From Minisyncoccota bacterium (GTDB taxonomy: Bacteria; Patescibacteriota; Minisyncoccia; Phycocordibacterales; UBA12079): DNA of 64,000 nucleotides. The stretch's first letter is position 1. Each line of letters opens with the position of its first letter. Where the stretch lies: positions 7,485-71,484 of the forward strand of contig JAGLLX010000003.1 in NCBI GenBank assembly GCA_023140255.1, written 5' to 3'. Positions 18,327 to 28,926 of this stretch are shown in pieces. Position numbers and translations under genes: made by a program. Below the pieces are notes generated by a model. That model ran no database searches, was not told the DNA's origin, and saw nothing but the letters and a program-made list of their open reading frames with translations.

Positions 18327-19472
18327 ATGAAATTAATTTATTTATCAAATTATAATATCCCAACTCAAAATGCGCTTGGTATTCAAATTACTCAAATGTG
18401 TGTCGCTTTCACTAAAGAAAAAATTGATGTTGAACTGATTGTTCCTAAACAAAAGAACAAGAACAAGAATTTATTCGAATATTATGGTATTGAGAAGTCT
18501 TTTAAAGTTAAAGAAATTTATAGACCTGATTTACTTAAGTTTGGTAAATTTGGTTTTTTAATTCAAACAATCTTTTTTTTATTGAGAGTAAAAATATATT
18601 TATATTCTCAAAAATACGATTATCTTTATACTAGAGAACAACTAACGGGGTTATTTTTTAAAGATTTTATTTATGAAGTCCATAACCTTTCTGATAAAAT
18701 AACTTTTTTCCATAAAGCATTGTTTAAAAAAGCTTTTAAAGTAATAGCTATAACTAATTTTATAAAAAAAGATTTAATTGAAAAAGGAGGGATTTCAATT
18801 GAAAAAATAGTAGTATCACCAGATGCTGTTGATTTAAATAAATTTAATTTGAATATAGCACAAGATCAAGCTAGAAATAAATTAGAATTACCTAAAAACA
18901 AAACTATTATTGGTTATATTGGAAAATATGTTACCTTTGGAAAAGGAAATAAAGGAGTAGATGATTTAGTAAAAGTATTTCCTGAAATTTTAAAATCTAA
19001 TCCGCAAGTTTTTTTGTTAATAGTTGGAGTTGGGGAAAAGAACATAATTAAAGTAGAAAAATTATTTAAAAATTCAGGAATTAATAATCGTAATTATAAG
19101 ATAATAGCTTATTTACCATATGGAGATGTGATTTATTCTTTGAGAGCATCTGATATTTTAATTATGAATTATTCTAGATTTCAATATCATACTTATTATA
19201 CTTCACCTATGAAAATGTTTGAATATATGGCTAGTGGTAGGCCTATTATTGCTTCAGATTTACCGTCAGTTAGAGAAATACTTGATGAAAATAATTGTCT
19301 ATTTATTAAGCCTGATAATATTAAATCTTTAGAGGATTGTATTAAAAAACTTTTGCAGGATAAAGATTTTTCTGATAAAATTTCTAAGCAGGCATATAAA
19401 GATGTGCAAAATTATACTTGGGATAAAAGAGTTAGACAAATATTAATTTTTTTAAAAAAATATGAAAAATAA
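18327..19472 (+). CDS. GT4 glycosyltransferase
   Basis: TSPMKMFEYMASGRPIIASD. Confidence 0.9.
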   Translation: MKLIYLSNYNIPTQNALGIQITQMCVAFTKEKIDVELIVPKQKNKNKNLFEYYGIEKSFKVKEIYRPDLLKFGKFGFLIQTIFFLLRVKIYLYSQKYDYLYTREQLTGLFFKDFIYEVHNLSDKITFFHKALFKKAFKVIAITNFIKKDLIEKGGISIEKIVVSPDAVDLNKFNLNIAQDQARNKLELPKNKTIIGYIGKYVTFGKGNKGVDDLVKVFPEILKSNPQVFLLIVGVGEKNIIKVEKLFKNSGINNRNYKIIAYLPYGDVIYSLRASDILIMNYSRFQYHTYYTSPMKMFEYMASGRPIIASDLPSVREILDENNCLFIKPDNIKSLEDCIKKLLQDKDFSDKISKQAYKDVQNYTWDKRVRQILIFLKKYEK

Positions 19473-20562
19473 AATGAAAATAAATTTTTTTGTTCCCCAT
19501 TTAGAAATATCAGGGGGTATTAGAGTTGCTTTAAATTATGCTCACTTTTTAGCAGAAAAAGGGCATGATGTTCAAGTTGTTTTTCAACATAAAAATTACA
19601 GAAAAAGGATTAAAAATATCTTAGAATTTAAAAGGGGAAGTATTAGAGAATTTTTTGATAACAAACCATATTGGTATAGACATTTAAAAGCTAATATAGC
19701 TTATAAACCTAAAATAAATAATGAAACTTTAGCTGATGCTGACATTTTAGTAGCTATGGATTATTCTAAGGTAAAATTATTTGATGTTCTTGATAGAAAA
19801 AAGGGTGTAAGATTTGAATTTATAATGCATGATGAAAGATTATATCATGGTGATAAAGAAGATATCAATAAAGTTTACAAAAGAGATGTAAATAAAATAT
19901 GTGTTTCAAGTTGGTTACAAGGAGTTATCAAGAAAGATTTTAATCAAGAAAGTGATGTTTTAATTAATCCCATAGATACTGAATTATTTTTTCAGGAAAA
20001 ATCTGATAAAAAGAAAGAAAATGATGAAATAATAATAACAATGATGCATCATAATTATGAATGGAAGGGGGTAGAAGATGGAGTCAAAATTTTCAATAAA
20101 GTCAAAAAAGAAACAGGAAAGAATTTGAAATTAGTATTATTTGGTTGTCGATTTAAAAAAATAGATATTCAATATGACGAATATTATTATGATTCAAAAC
20201 AGGAAGATATTCGGAAAATTTATTCAGATTCTGATATTTTTTTGTGTACTTCTGAATGGGAAGGGTTAGGATTACCCGCTATGGAAGCTATGTGTTGTAA
20301 AACTGCGGTAGTAACTTATGATACAGGGGGGTCTAGAGATTATGCTTTTGATAATGATACTGCTTTTGTGGCTCAGCATAGCGATTTAAGAGATTTAGAA
20401 AATAAATTAAAAGAAGCGGTTATTTATTCAGAAAAAAGAGATCAAATAGCTCAGAATGGTTATAAATTTATTACTCAAAAAATTGATACATGGGCTGAAA
20501 GTGTAGAAAAAATGGAGAAAATTTTTAATAATAAGTTGGCAAAACGATCAAATGAAAGCTAA
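19462..20562 (+). CDS. GT4 glycosyltransferase
   Basis: SGGIRV; EGLGLPAMEAM. Confidence 0.9.
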   Translation: MKNKMKINFFVPHLEISGGIRVALNYAHFLAEKGHDVQVVFQHKNYRKRIKNILEFKRGSIREFFDNKPYWYRHLKANIAYKPKINNETLADADILVAMDYSKVKLFDVLDRKKGVRFEFIMHDERLYHGDKEDINKVYKRDVNKICVSSWLQGVIKKDFNQESDVLINPIDTELFFQEKSDKKKENDEIIITMMHHNYEWKGVEDGVKIFNKVKKETGKNLKLVLFGCRFKKIDIQYDEYYYDSKQEDIRKIYSDSDIFLCTSEWEGLGLPAMEAMCCKTAVVTYDTGGSRDYAFDNDTAFVAQHSDLRDLENKLKEAVIYSEKRDQIAQNGYKFITQKIDTWAESVEKMEKIFNNKLAKRSNES

Positions 20563-21271
20563 AAATTTTGTACAAAGAATAAAAGAGAGAAATAGATATG
20601 CTACAAACAGAAGGGAACCTTTTTATGATTTAGCTGGTAAATATTTACCTAAAGATAAAGATAAAATAGTTATAGACATAGGAAGTGGTTATGGATTTTT
20701 TGCTGATTATTTAAAATTAAGAGATAAATTTAAAAACACTGTTCTTTTAGATGCTGATCCTGAAGTTGTTGGTAAAATAAAAAATTCAATTAATTATAAA
20801 GCTCCTGATAAATTGCCTTTTGAAAATAATTCGGTGGCTTATATTCATTGTAGTCATTTAATAGAACATTTAGAAACTAAAGATTTTTTTATTTTATTAA
20901 GAGAAATGGATAGAGTCTTGGCTCAAGACGGAGTTTTGATTTTAAGTGCGCCTTTGTTAGATTATATGTTTTATGAGGGGTTAGCTCATATTAGACCTTA
21001 TGGGCCAGAAGGAATTATACATTATATGTGTAAAAAAGATGAAAAAGAAAAGAAAAAAACCATAGCTGGAGCTGATGGAGGTTTTGTTTCTGATAAATAT
21101 GTTGTTGAAGATTTAGTTTATAGATATGTTAAAAATTTAGGTGATTCAGAATTAGGGTCAAGGTTCTTAATAATTAGTATAGGGGTGGCTATTATTAAAA
21201 AAATATTTTCTAAATTAGGATTTTATAAATATAGTAAAAATGGGTTTACTTTGATTTTAAGAAAACAATGA
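20552..21271 (+). CDS. Class I SAM-dependent methyltransferase
   Basis: IDIGSGYG; LPFENNS..SHLIEH. Confidence 0.85.
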   Translation: MKAKNFVQRIKERNRYATNRREPFYDLAGKYLPKDKDKIVIDIGSGYGFFADYLKLRDKFKNTVLLDADPEVVGKIKNSINYKAPDKLPFENNSVAYIHCSHLIEHLETKDFFILLREMDRVLAQDGVLILSAPLLDYMFYEGLAHIRPYGPEGIIHYMCKKDEKEKKKTIAGADGGFVSDKYVVEDLVYRYVKNLGDSELGSRFLIISIGVAIIKKIFSKLGFYKYSKNGFTLILRKQ

Positions 21272-22188
21272 TTGAAAATTCCAAAATTAGTGTAATTATT
21301 GTAACTTATAATAGACCTGAGTCTGTAAAAGAAGCAATTCAAAGTGTTTTAGATCAAACATTTAAAGATTTTGAATTAATTATTATAGATAATGGAGTTA
21401 AAATTCCTGCTAAAAAAATAGTAGAAAGTTTTAGGGATTCTAGAATTAAATATATTCAAAATAATAAAAATACTGATTGTGCTGGAGGTAAAAATATTGG
21501 AATGAAAAATATGAGAGGAGAGTTTGTGGCTTTTCTAGATGATGATGATGTTTGGCTTCCTGATAAACTGGAATTACAAGTCCAAGCTTTTGAAAAAAAT
21601 CCAGAAGCAGGTTTTTGTTTTACTGCAGTTACTCAAATTTTTGATCACGGAATAATAGATTCAATTATTCCTGAAGGAGTTGGTGATTATTATGAAAGAA
21701 CTCTAAGTAATTTTAGTGGTTTTCTGTCTGTAACTCTAATGATAAGAAAAGAAGTTATAGATGATATTGGTTTTATGGATGAAGCTTTTCCCAGTCACAC
21801 TGATATTGAATGGATTATTAGAATAGCGAAGAAATATAAAGGGATAGGAGTTAATAAACCTTTAGTTAAAGTCATGTCATTGGGGAGCCATAATCAAATG
21901 GGGAGTAGTATGGATAGGAAAATAACAGGAAGGGAGATGATTTTAAATAAATATAAAGAAGAATTTGAAAAAAGACCTGAGGTTTTAGCTAAACACTTAT
22001 TAATGTTAGCGAAATTTTATCGGAATAATGGACAATATAAAAAAGCAAAAGAAATTTTTAATAAAGTAAATAAACTAGATTTTAAAATATCTGTTTTTGC
22101 TTACTATTTAAGTATGTATTTTGGAGGATTAGGATATAAATTTTTTAGAATTTTGAAAGGAAAATCATTTCCAAAAACTAAGAAATAA
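21268..22188 (+). CDS. GT2 glycosyltransferase
   Basis: ISVIIVTYNR; FLDDDD. Confidence 0.9.
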   Translation: MIENSKISVIIVTYNRPESVKEAIQSVLDQTFKDFELIIIDNGVKIPAKKIVESFRDSRIKYIQNNKNTDCAGGKNIGMKNMRGEFVAFLDDDDVWLPDKLELQVQAFEKNPEAGFCFTAVTQIFDHGIIDSIIPEGVGDYYERTLSNFSGFLSVTLMIRKEVIDDIGFMDEAFPSHTDIEWIIRIAKKYKGIGVNKPLVKVMSLGSHNQMGSSMDRKITGREMILNKYKEEFEKRPEVLAKHLLMLAKFYRNNGQYKKAKEIFNKVNKLDFKISVFAYYLSMYFGGLGYKFFRILKGKSFPKTKK

Positions 22189-22189
22189 A

Positions 22190-23236
22190 TTATCTAGATT
22201 TTTTTAATAAACATTTAAAAAAGAAACGAGTTAAAATTTTCCAATTTTCTATATCAGAATAATCTAATTTTTTTCTTAAGTTTGACTCCCAAAATCTTTT
22301 CCATATTTTAAAATCATAATCTGAGTTTACACTACAAATATTAAACCAACGGTTTGCTAGGATCATTGAAAATTGTGGTTCTTTGCTATATTTAATTTTG
22401 TTATTTTGCTTAATTAATTTAAAAAGCCATTGTTCAGTTTTATTCAAAAATTCTGTTATTTCGTACTGTTTGGGTTTATATGTATTACAATGAATTATTT
22501 TTTCTTCATCTGTTGGAATAATTTTTAGATTTTTTAATTGCTTTATTCTAGTTTTATTTGAGTTTTGGGTTTGTATTTTTGTATATAGATGGCTTTCATT
22601 TTCTTTGTGTATTCTATATAAAATCAAGATTTTCTTTATATTTGTAATAGGAGAATACAACATTAATCTTGCCCATAAATCATAATCTTGAGAATGAGTT
22701 AATTCTTCGTTATATTTTAAATCATATTTATCTAATATATTTTTTCTCATCATAACAGAAGGATGAATTAAAATATTTTTAAATATAGAAAGAGCTTTTA
22801 TTTTTTCAAAATTTGAATATGTTTTTATATATTTTTTATTACTTTCTCCTATTACTTTTGCCCAGGTTCCCACAACTCCTATTTTTGGATTTTTATTCAT
22901 AAGATTTACCTGGATTTGAAATCTCTTTGGTAAACTGATATCATCATCATCCATTCTAGCAACATATTCTCCTTGAGCTAAAATTAATCCTTTGTTTAAA
23001 GATTTTGTAAGTCCTATATTTTCTTCATTTTCAACTAATTTAATTCTAGGATCATTAAAAGAATTGATTATGTTTTTACTTTCGTCAGTAGAAGCATCAT
23101 TAATAATTAAAAATTCAAAATCAGTAAAAGTTTGATTAAGAATACTTTTAATTGACTCTTCCAGATATTTTTCGCCATTATACACTGGCATTAAAACTGT
23201 TATTTTCGGTTTTTTGTTTTTTACATTTTTATCCAT
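22190..23236 (-). CDS. GT2 glycosyltransferase
   Basis: VLMPVYNGE; DASTD; RMDDDD; QDYDLW. Confidence 0.9.
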   Translation of the reverse strand: MDKNVKNKKPKITVLMPVYNGEKYLEESIKSILNQTFTDFEFLIINDASTDESKNIINSFNDPRIKLVENEENIGLTKSLNKGLILAQGEYVARMDDDDISLPKRFQIQVNLMNKNPKIGVVGTWAKVIGESNKKYIKTYSNFEKIKALSIFKNILIHPSVMMRKNILDKYDLKYNEELTHSQDYDLWARLMLYSPITNIKKILILYRIHKENESHLYTKIQTQNSNKTRIKQLKNLKIIPTDEEKIIHCNTYKPKQYEITEFLNKTEQWLFKLIKQNNKIKYSKEPQFSMILANRWFNICSVNSDYDFKIWKRFWESNLRKKLDYSDIENWKILTRFFFKCLLKKSR

Positions 23237-24081
23237 GATTTTGGAATTAAACCTTTTGTATTTTTCGTACTATTATTAAGCCATTTTTTAGGAGTAATTA
23301 TAATTTTATTTGGATTTTTATTTAACCATGCTCCCCACCAACTAAAAGAGCTGTTAGCAATGATATTATGCTTACATAAACTCATCAAGATTAAATCTTC
23401 ATAATCTTTGTTGTTACTAATAAATGTAGTAGGAAAGTTAGTTTTTAAATTATTTTTACTCCAGCTTATATCATCAGAAAAAATGAAGATTTTTATGTTT
23501 TTGTTTGTTAGCGCTATTTTATCAATAGCTTTTTTATAATATTCTAAGTTACAAATTTCATATTTGTGAGACTTAATAAGATAATCAGTTCTTCTTATGT
23601 GTAAAGATACAGAATTTGAGTTTTTTATTTCCTCTTCTAATTTAGTGTTTTTAACTTGGGATTCATTATTTAATGTGAATTCATCATAAAGGATATTTTT
23701 GATATCTTTAAAATATTTTTCGTTCTGCCAATATCCATCTAAATAAATATTACTAGAGGTATTTATACTTTTCTCATTAAAATTAAATTGTTCTTCTTTA
23801 ATATAAATAGCTTTATTTGCAAAAAATAAGTTATGAATAAAATTCTTTATTCCTTTTTCCCATTTATATTTTTTTAATTTATTAATTTCATCATCTTTTG
23901 CAATATTTTTAATTATATTAAAACAATTTAAAGAATAATTTCTTTGTAATCCATTTTGTTTTTTGTTATAAAAAGATAAATCAAGTTTTAAGGTAGTTTT
24001 GTTTTTTTCGACTAAAAATCTACCAACTGCATATTGGAACATTTGATTTCCTAATCCTCCTTGTAGCTTAGTTATTATCAT
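23221..24081 (-). CDS. GT11 alpha-1,2-fucosyltransferase-like protein
   Basis: GGLGNQMFQYA; GYWQ; HIRRTDY; ANSSFSWWGA. Confidence 0.9.
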   Translation of the reverse strand: MIITKLQGGLGNQMFQYAVGRFLVEKNKTTLKLDLSFYNKKQNGLQRNYSLNCFNIIKNIAKDDEINKLKKYKWEKGIKNFIHNLFFANKAIYIKEEQFNFNEKSINTSSNIYLDGYWQNEKYFKDIKNILYDEFTLNNESQVKNTKLEEEIKNSNSVSLHIRRTDYLIKSHKYEICNLEYYKKAIDKIALTNKNIKIFIFSDDISWSKNNLKTNFPTTFISNNKDYEDLILMSLCKHNIIANSSFSWWGAWLNKNPNKIIITPKKWLNNSTKNTKGLIPKSWIKM

Positions 24082-24086
24082 AACCT

Positions 24087-24839
24087 TTATTTATCAATAT
24101 CTTGATGTGTTTTAAATCCATAATATTCGTTAAATATTTTATTTGTGATTTTATATTGATGAGCTAATACTGATAGTATCGCCTGATCTTGACGATGATT
24201 TGTTCTGTTGCTCCCAGTAGGGGCAATACATTCTTTCCACTTATTGATAACTTTTCTTGCAGTATTATTTTTATAGTTTACAGCGATACAAGCTCCGTTT
24301 AAATTATTCTTATTTAATATCTTTTTTACGGTTTTTAGGAAACTTAGGGATCTTGGGTGAGTCCATTCATATATTTTTCCTTTAGAATAGGGAGAATAAA
24401 ATCCTTTAAAATTCATTAATTTTTTTATTGTTGTTAATGGAGAAATAAGAACATTACCAGCATCCATCCAACAAATACTGCACTTAAATTCATTTAATAC
24501 ATTTGCAATTATAACAGGTTTCCATGCATATTCTCCAGCGTTTATATTGATATTAAAATATTTTGGATATTTTGAATAATTAAATTTTCTTATCTCTATT
24601 GTTTTGAATTTATTTTTTAATTCATTTAATTCCAATTGAGTTAACCCTAAATTAAAAACAAGTGTTTTTGTAGTAGATTCATATAAATAAATACTTGATA
24701 ATAATTGCTTAAGGCTTTTATAATGAGAACTATCTGCTCCCGTGACAATTATAAAATCTTTTTTAGGAATAGGAGAAACAAAAATAAATATAATTATCTC
24801 GTATAACGATTTAACTTTTTTAAAGAGAAGTTGTATCAT
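24087..24839 (-). CDS. DUF1647-like putative glycosyltransferase
   Basis: VTGADSSH; YAWKP; WMDAG; HRQDQAILS. Confidence 0.7.
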   Translation of the reverse strand: MIQLLFKKVKSLYEIIIFIFVSPIPKKDFIIVTGADSSHYKSLKQLLSSIYLYESTTKTLVFNLGLTQLELNELKNKFKTIEIRKFNYSKYPKYFNININAGEYAWKPVIIANVLNEFKCSICWMDAGNVLISPLTTIKKLMNFKGFYSPYSKGKIYEWTHPRSLSFLKTVKKILNKNNLNGACIAVNYKNNTARKVINKWKECIAPTGSNRTNHRQDQAILSVLAHQYKITNKIFNEYYGFKTHQDIDK

Positions 24840-24858
24840 TGTAACAGTTTTTTAAAAG

Positions 24859-26640
24859 TTATTTATTTTTAAATATATTATTGTGTCCAATCGTTCCTAA
24901 AAACAAAAGTTCTTTCATCGCATAATTTTTTACGATGTCACTTGGCCCTGGGTGTCCAGCTGAAGAAAAAAAAGGAGGTATATAAGAAGTTCCTAGAGAT
25001 GAATCATCAAAAACAATTAATCCATTTGATGTTAAATATTCTTTACAAAGTTTATAATCAGCTAAAACTACATCGTAATCATGATTCCCATCTATATAAA
25101 TTAAATCCCACTTTTTTGATTTAATAAATTTCACAGCTTTATCGTCTGTAGATAAAGCTTTGATCAAATTTGCTTTTGGCAAGTTAAAATGTTTAAAAGA
25201 ATCTTGTGTATCGTTCAAGTAATTAACATCTTTAGGATATGAGCTAACTGAATCACCAATGGGTTTAAAAGGAGAGATTCCATTAATTTGGCAATTAAAT
25301 TGAAGTTTTTTTGCTATCAAACTCCATAAAGATATAGTTTGCCCTCTATATACTCCTATTTCTAGACAATTTTTTGGTTTGAACTCTTTTAACAACAGCC
25401 ACCACATTGAATGAAAAGCATTTTCACCAAAACCTCTTTTTTCTTGACTGAAATAAAGACGGTGTTTTTTTATTTCTTTTGGTAAAAAATGATGAAAATA
25501 ATAATGCATATAACTATAGGTTTTATTTGGATGTTTAAAATATTTTAAAGCATTTGTAAAATTTATATCAACATTAAAAGTTTTATTGAATTTTATAAAA
25601 GGATAAAATCTTTGTTTCTCTCTTCGAATATTTCTATGTTTCTTTATTTTTAGTAGTATCTTATTTGTAAATTTATTTTCTTTAAGTCTATTCTTTAAAT
25701 AATTTTTAGCTTTAATTAAGATTAGTTTTATATCATTTTGTTGTATTTTGTTTAAGCTTTCTTTCTGGTTAGTTGTTTTTAATTTAGTTGTTTCTTTTGT
25801 TGATGTGTTAATAATTTTGTAAATAATTAAATCCTTTTTTTGTTCTACTATTTTTTCTAAACTTTTTTTATTCCATTTCTTAATATTATTAATATTTCTT
25901 CTAATTATCTTTCTCATTTCTGGTTGTATCGTTGTTCTTGTTCCTCCCCATTCTAAATTTGAGTAGAATTTTATAGCAAAAACACCATTTTGATAACCTG
26001 CTTCATAACATCGTATTGCATATTCTAAGTCATCGTGTCCATAAGGAGCTAATTTTTCTTCTAGAATACCGACTTCTTTAATAAGATAGAATGGTAAACA
26101 AATAGGGCTTTTTATAGCAATATCTCTGTATGAAAAATGGTTAGGTTTGAAAGTTTTAGCATAAGGTAATTCGTGTCCGTAAATATTTTCTAAATAATCT
26201 TGCTGAGGAACTAATTCATTAGATTCTATAATATTGGTAGCAAAATTAGCTCCTAATCTAAGAGAAACGCAGCCAAGTTTTTTATCACCCCATTGGTATA
26301 ACTTAGTTATTTTTTCTTCTAATTTAAAGTCAGCTAAAATTACATCATCTTGTAAGATGATGTTAAATCCTTCACCAGATTGATTTGCTGATTTTAGCCC
26401 AGCATTTATAGAAAGTAATTCATGTACGTCTGATGTATAAATTTTATTTATAGGAATGTTGGAATATTTTTCTATTATTGAATCAATAATTTTTTCTGTG
26501 TTATCTGTACATCCATCAAGTATTGGGTATATAAAACTATTATCCCTACAACATACCAAAACAGAAGTGAGGACTTTTTCAATTAAATCCTCTTTATTGT
26601 GAATTGTTATAATATAATTAAATCTTGGTGAGTTTTTCAT
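24859..26640 (-). CDS. GT2 + class I methyltransferase (Methyltransf_24-like) fusion
   Basis: N-terminal ILDGCTD, LQDD; C-terminal LEIGVYRG, IYIDGNH, VFDD; Lys-rich helical linker. Confidence 0.75.
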   Translation of the reverse strand: MKNSPRFNYIITIHNKEDLIEKVLTSVLVCCRDNSFIYPILDGCTDNTEKIIDSIIEKYSNIPINKIYTSDVHELLSINAGLKSANQSGEGFNIILQDDVILADFKLEEKITKLYQWGDKKLGCVSLRLGANFATNIIESNELVPQQDYLENIYGHELPYAKTFKPNHFSYRDIAIKSPICLPFYLIKEVGILEEKLAPYGHDDLEYAIRCYEAGYQNGVFAIKFYSNLEWGGTRTTIQPEMRKIIRRNINNIKKWNKKSLEKIVEQKKDLIIYKIINTSTKETTKLKTTNQKESLNKIQQNDIKLILIKAKNYLKNRLKENKFTNKILLKIKKHRNIRREKQRFYPFIKFNKTFNVDINFTNALKYFKHPNKTYSYMHYYFHHFLPKEIKKHRLYFSQEKRGFGENAFHSMWWLLLKEFKPKNCLEIGVYRGQTISLWSLIAKKLQFNCQINGISPFKPIGDSVSSYPKDVNYLNDTQDSFKHFNLPKANLIKALSTDDKAVKFIKSKKWDLIYIDGNHDYDVVLADYKLCKEYLTSNGLIVFDDSSLGTSYIPPFFSSAGHPGPSDIVKNYAMKELLFLGTIGHNNIFKNK

Positions 26641-27620
26641 AAATTATTTATATTATTTAAATCTTTAACCCAAGCTCTACATAAAGTTAATTCTTCTGGT
26701 TGTATAAAATTATTTTTTTCAAGTTCTTTATATATTTTTTCTAAATTTTTTAGATAATTTTTTCCTAAATTTAAATTATCTATTATTTTTATAATTGGTT
26801 CTGTATTTAAATAAACTTCTATTTCATCTCTAAAATCTTTCATAAAATCATGAACGTTTCTTTCTTGGTAGACGGTAGATTTAGTAAAACCAAGGTGATG
26901 ATCAGTTTGGCGTAAAAGTCTTTGAGCGATATACCCTCGCAGGATATCTGTAAATCTAAAACTTACTGTAGAAGGGAGATATAAAAAAGGAAAAAATTCT
27001 TTGTTCCAAACGGTATTTTGTGAATTAATGGGACAATAAGTTTTTTTGTCTAAAACTATTGGAGATTTTTTGTTAAAAATAATTTGTTTTTCTTTTGTTA
27101 AACGGAAAATAGCATCTACATCTGGTTCGATATCTGCTAAACCTTGCCAAATACCTATTTTTGTTTTAGTAGTTCGTTTAATGGATATTTTCTGTTTCTT
27201 GTTAATTTCACTTAAGGGATAGCCTCGTGGCCAAACTTTTTCTTTTGTAAAATACTTATAAATATTTAAAAACTTTTTATTACAAGTGATGTAATTTTTT
27301 GTTTCAAATTTAGGGAAACTCCAATCTTTGTAAGGAATGTTATCATCATCAGTGTCATATATTATATCGGCTCCCATTTTTATAGCATAAAGGTAACCAA
27401 TGTTTTTTCTTGAATAATGATTATAAGGAAGATTTTTATTTATTTCAAAATTTAACTTTTTTTGATCTTTAATAGATAGAAATGTAATATTTTTTCTGGT
27501 TTTAATTGGTTTACTTTTTTTATCACCAACTAAAATAATGTGCCAATCTTTAAATTCAGAGAATTTCTTAATTCCTTTTGTTTCTTTGTTTATTGTTGTA
27601 ATTATTATAAATTTCTTCAT
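26637..27620 (-). CDS. STELLO-like (DUF288) glycosyltransferase
   Basis: VGDKK; YSRKNIGYLYAI; DTDDDN; WPRGYP; FRFTDILRGY. Confidence 0.8.
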   Translation of the reverse strand: MKKFIIITTINKETKGIKKFSEFKDWHIILVGDKKSKPIKTRKNITFLSIKDQKKLNFEINKNLPYNHYSRKNIGYLYAIKMGADIIYDTDDDNIPYKDWSFPKFETKNYITCNKKFLNIYKYFTKEKVWPRGYPLSEINKKQKISIKRTTKTKIGIWQGLADIEPDVDAIFRLTKEKQIIFNKKSPIVLDKKTYCPINSQNTVWNKEFFPFLYLPSTVSFRFTDILRGYIAQRLLRQTDHHLGFTKSTVYQERNVHDFMKDFRDEIEVYLNTEPIIKIIDNLNLGKNYLKNLEKIYKELEKNNFIQPEELTLCRAWVKDLNNINNL

Positions 27621-27630
27621 TTTTTATTTA

Positions 27631-28914
27631 TTATTTAATAGTTATTTCTCCATCTAACACTTGATATCCTGCTCCATTTGTGTCAGCATCAAAAGTTCTT
27701 CCTTCAGCAAAAACATATCCTAAAACATTTAGATTAACAGCATTATTAATAACAGCATAGCTTTCAATACCAGGGTTAGTGAAATTAAAATCTAAAAAAT
27801 AAGTGCCTTTATTGAGTTTTGGTAGTTTGATTTTTGCTGTAAGTGAGTATTCTCCAGGAGAAATTAAAAACACATTATTGGGGTTTGTATGTCCAGGAAC
27901 ATATACCGCTAAATGATTACCTAGTTTATCTTTTAGACAAGTTTCTAAAGTTAATTTATTTTTTTCTTTCATTCTAAGGTTAACTTTAATAGTTATGTTA
28001 GTGGGGAGGTTTGATATGGAAATATTTTTTTGAGGAGAATCATTGCAAGTTATTTTTTGCAACTCAATATTTTTGTTTTTATAAAGAATATTATCTGTTA
28101 TTTTTTTTGTTGATGAATTTTTTGATAGAGTATCTTCTTTCAAATAATCATTAATAACCTTTTTTGTTTCTCCTATCATTTTAATTTTACCTTCTTCAAG
28201 AAGGATACACCTTTTACATAGGTTTTGGACGGCGGTAAGATTGTGACTGACAAATAAAATTGTTCGTCCGGCTTGTTTAGTTACTTCATCCATTTTGCCG
28301 AGACATTTTTTTTGAAATTCTGCATCTCCAACAGCAAGGACTTCATCTACTAAAAGAATGTCAGGTTCCATATGAGCAGCTACTGAAAAACCAAGACGAA
28401 CTAACATCCCAGAAGAGTATCTTTTAACTGGAGTATCGATAAATTTTTCTACTCCTGAAAATTCTACAATAGCATCAAATTTTTTAGCAATTTCTTTTTT
28501 AGACATTCCTAATATGGCTCCATTAAGGAATATATTTTCTCGACCAGTTAGTTCTTGGTGAAAACCTGTTCCAACTTCTAATAGGGAAGCCACTTTTCCG
28601 TTCATTCTAATTTCTCCTGTTGTAGGGGGAGTAATGCCAGTAAGAATTTTAAGAAGAGTAGATTTTCCAGCTCCATTGGCTCCTATGATTCCAATAGCTT
28701 CTCCTTTTTGTACTTCAAAATTAATATCTTTTAATGCCCAAAATTCTTCTTTGGTTATTTTTCCTGTAATTTGTTTAGCTTTGTTTTTTAAAAAAGAAAA
28801 AGGTTTTTTAGCAATATCTGTTAATACATCCCTCATAGCGACGTAACCTCCTCGTTGATGAGTGATGGTATATTTTTTTGATATATTTTTTACTGTAATT
28901 ATAGAGTTATTCAT
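27631..28914 (-). CDS. wzt: Polysaccharide ABC transporter ATPase with C-terminal extension
   Basis: GANGAGKST; YSSGM; DEVLAVGD; ~170-aa C-terminal domain. Confidence 0.9.
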   Translation of the reverse strand: MNNSIITVKNISKKYTITHQRGGYVAMRDVLTDIAKKPFSFLKNKAKQITGKITKEEFWALKDINFEVQKGEAIGIIGANGAGKSTLLKILTGITPPTTGEIRMNGKVASLLEVGTGFHQELTGRENIFLNGAILGMSKKEIAKKFDAIVEFSGVEKFIDTPVKRYSSGMLVRLGFSVAAHMEPDILLVDEVLAVGDAEFQKKCLGKMDEVTKQAGRTILFVSHNLTAVQNLCKRCILLEEGKIKMIGETKKVINDYLKEDTLSKNSSTKKITDNILYKNKNIELQKITCNDSPQKNISISNLPTNITIKVNLRMKEKNKLTLETCLKDKLGNHLAVYVPGHTNPNNVFLISPGEYSLTAKIKLPKLNKGTYFLDFNFTNPGIESYAVINNAVNLNVLGYVFAEGRTFDADTNGAGYQVLDGEITIK

Positions 28915-28926
28915 ATTTTTTATGTT

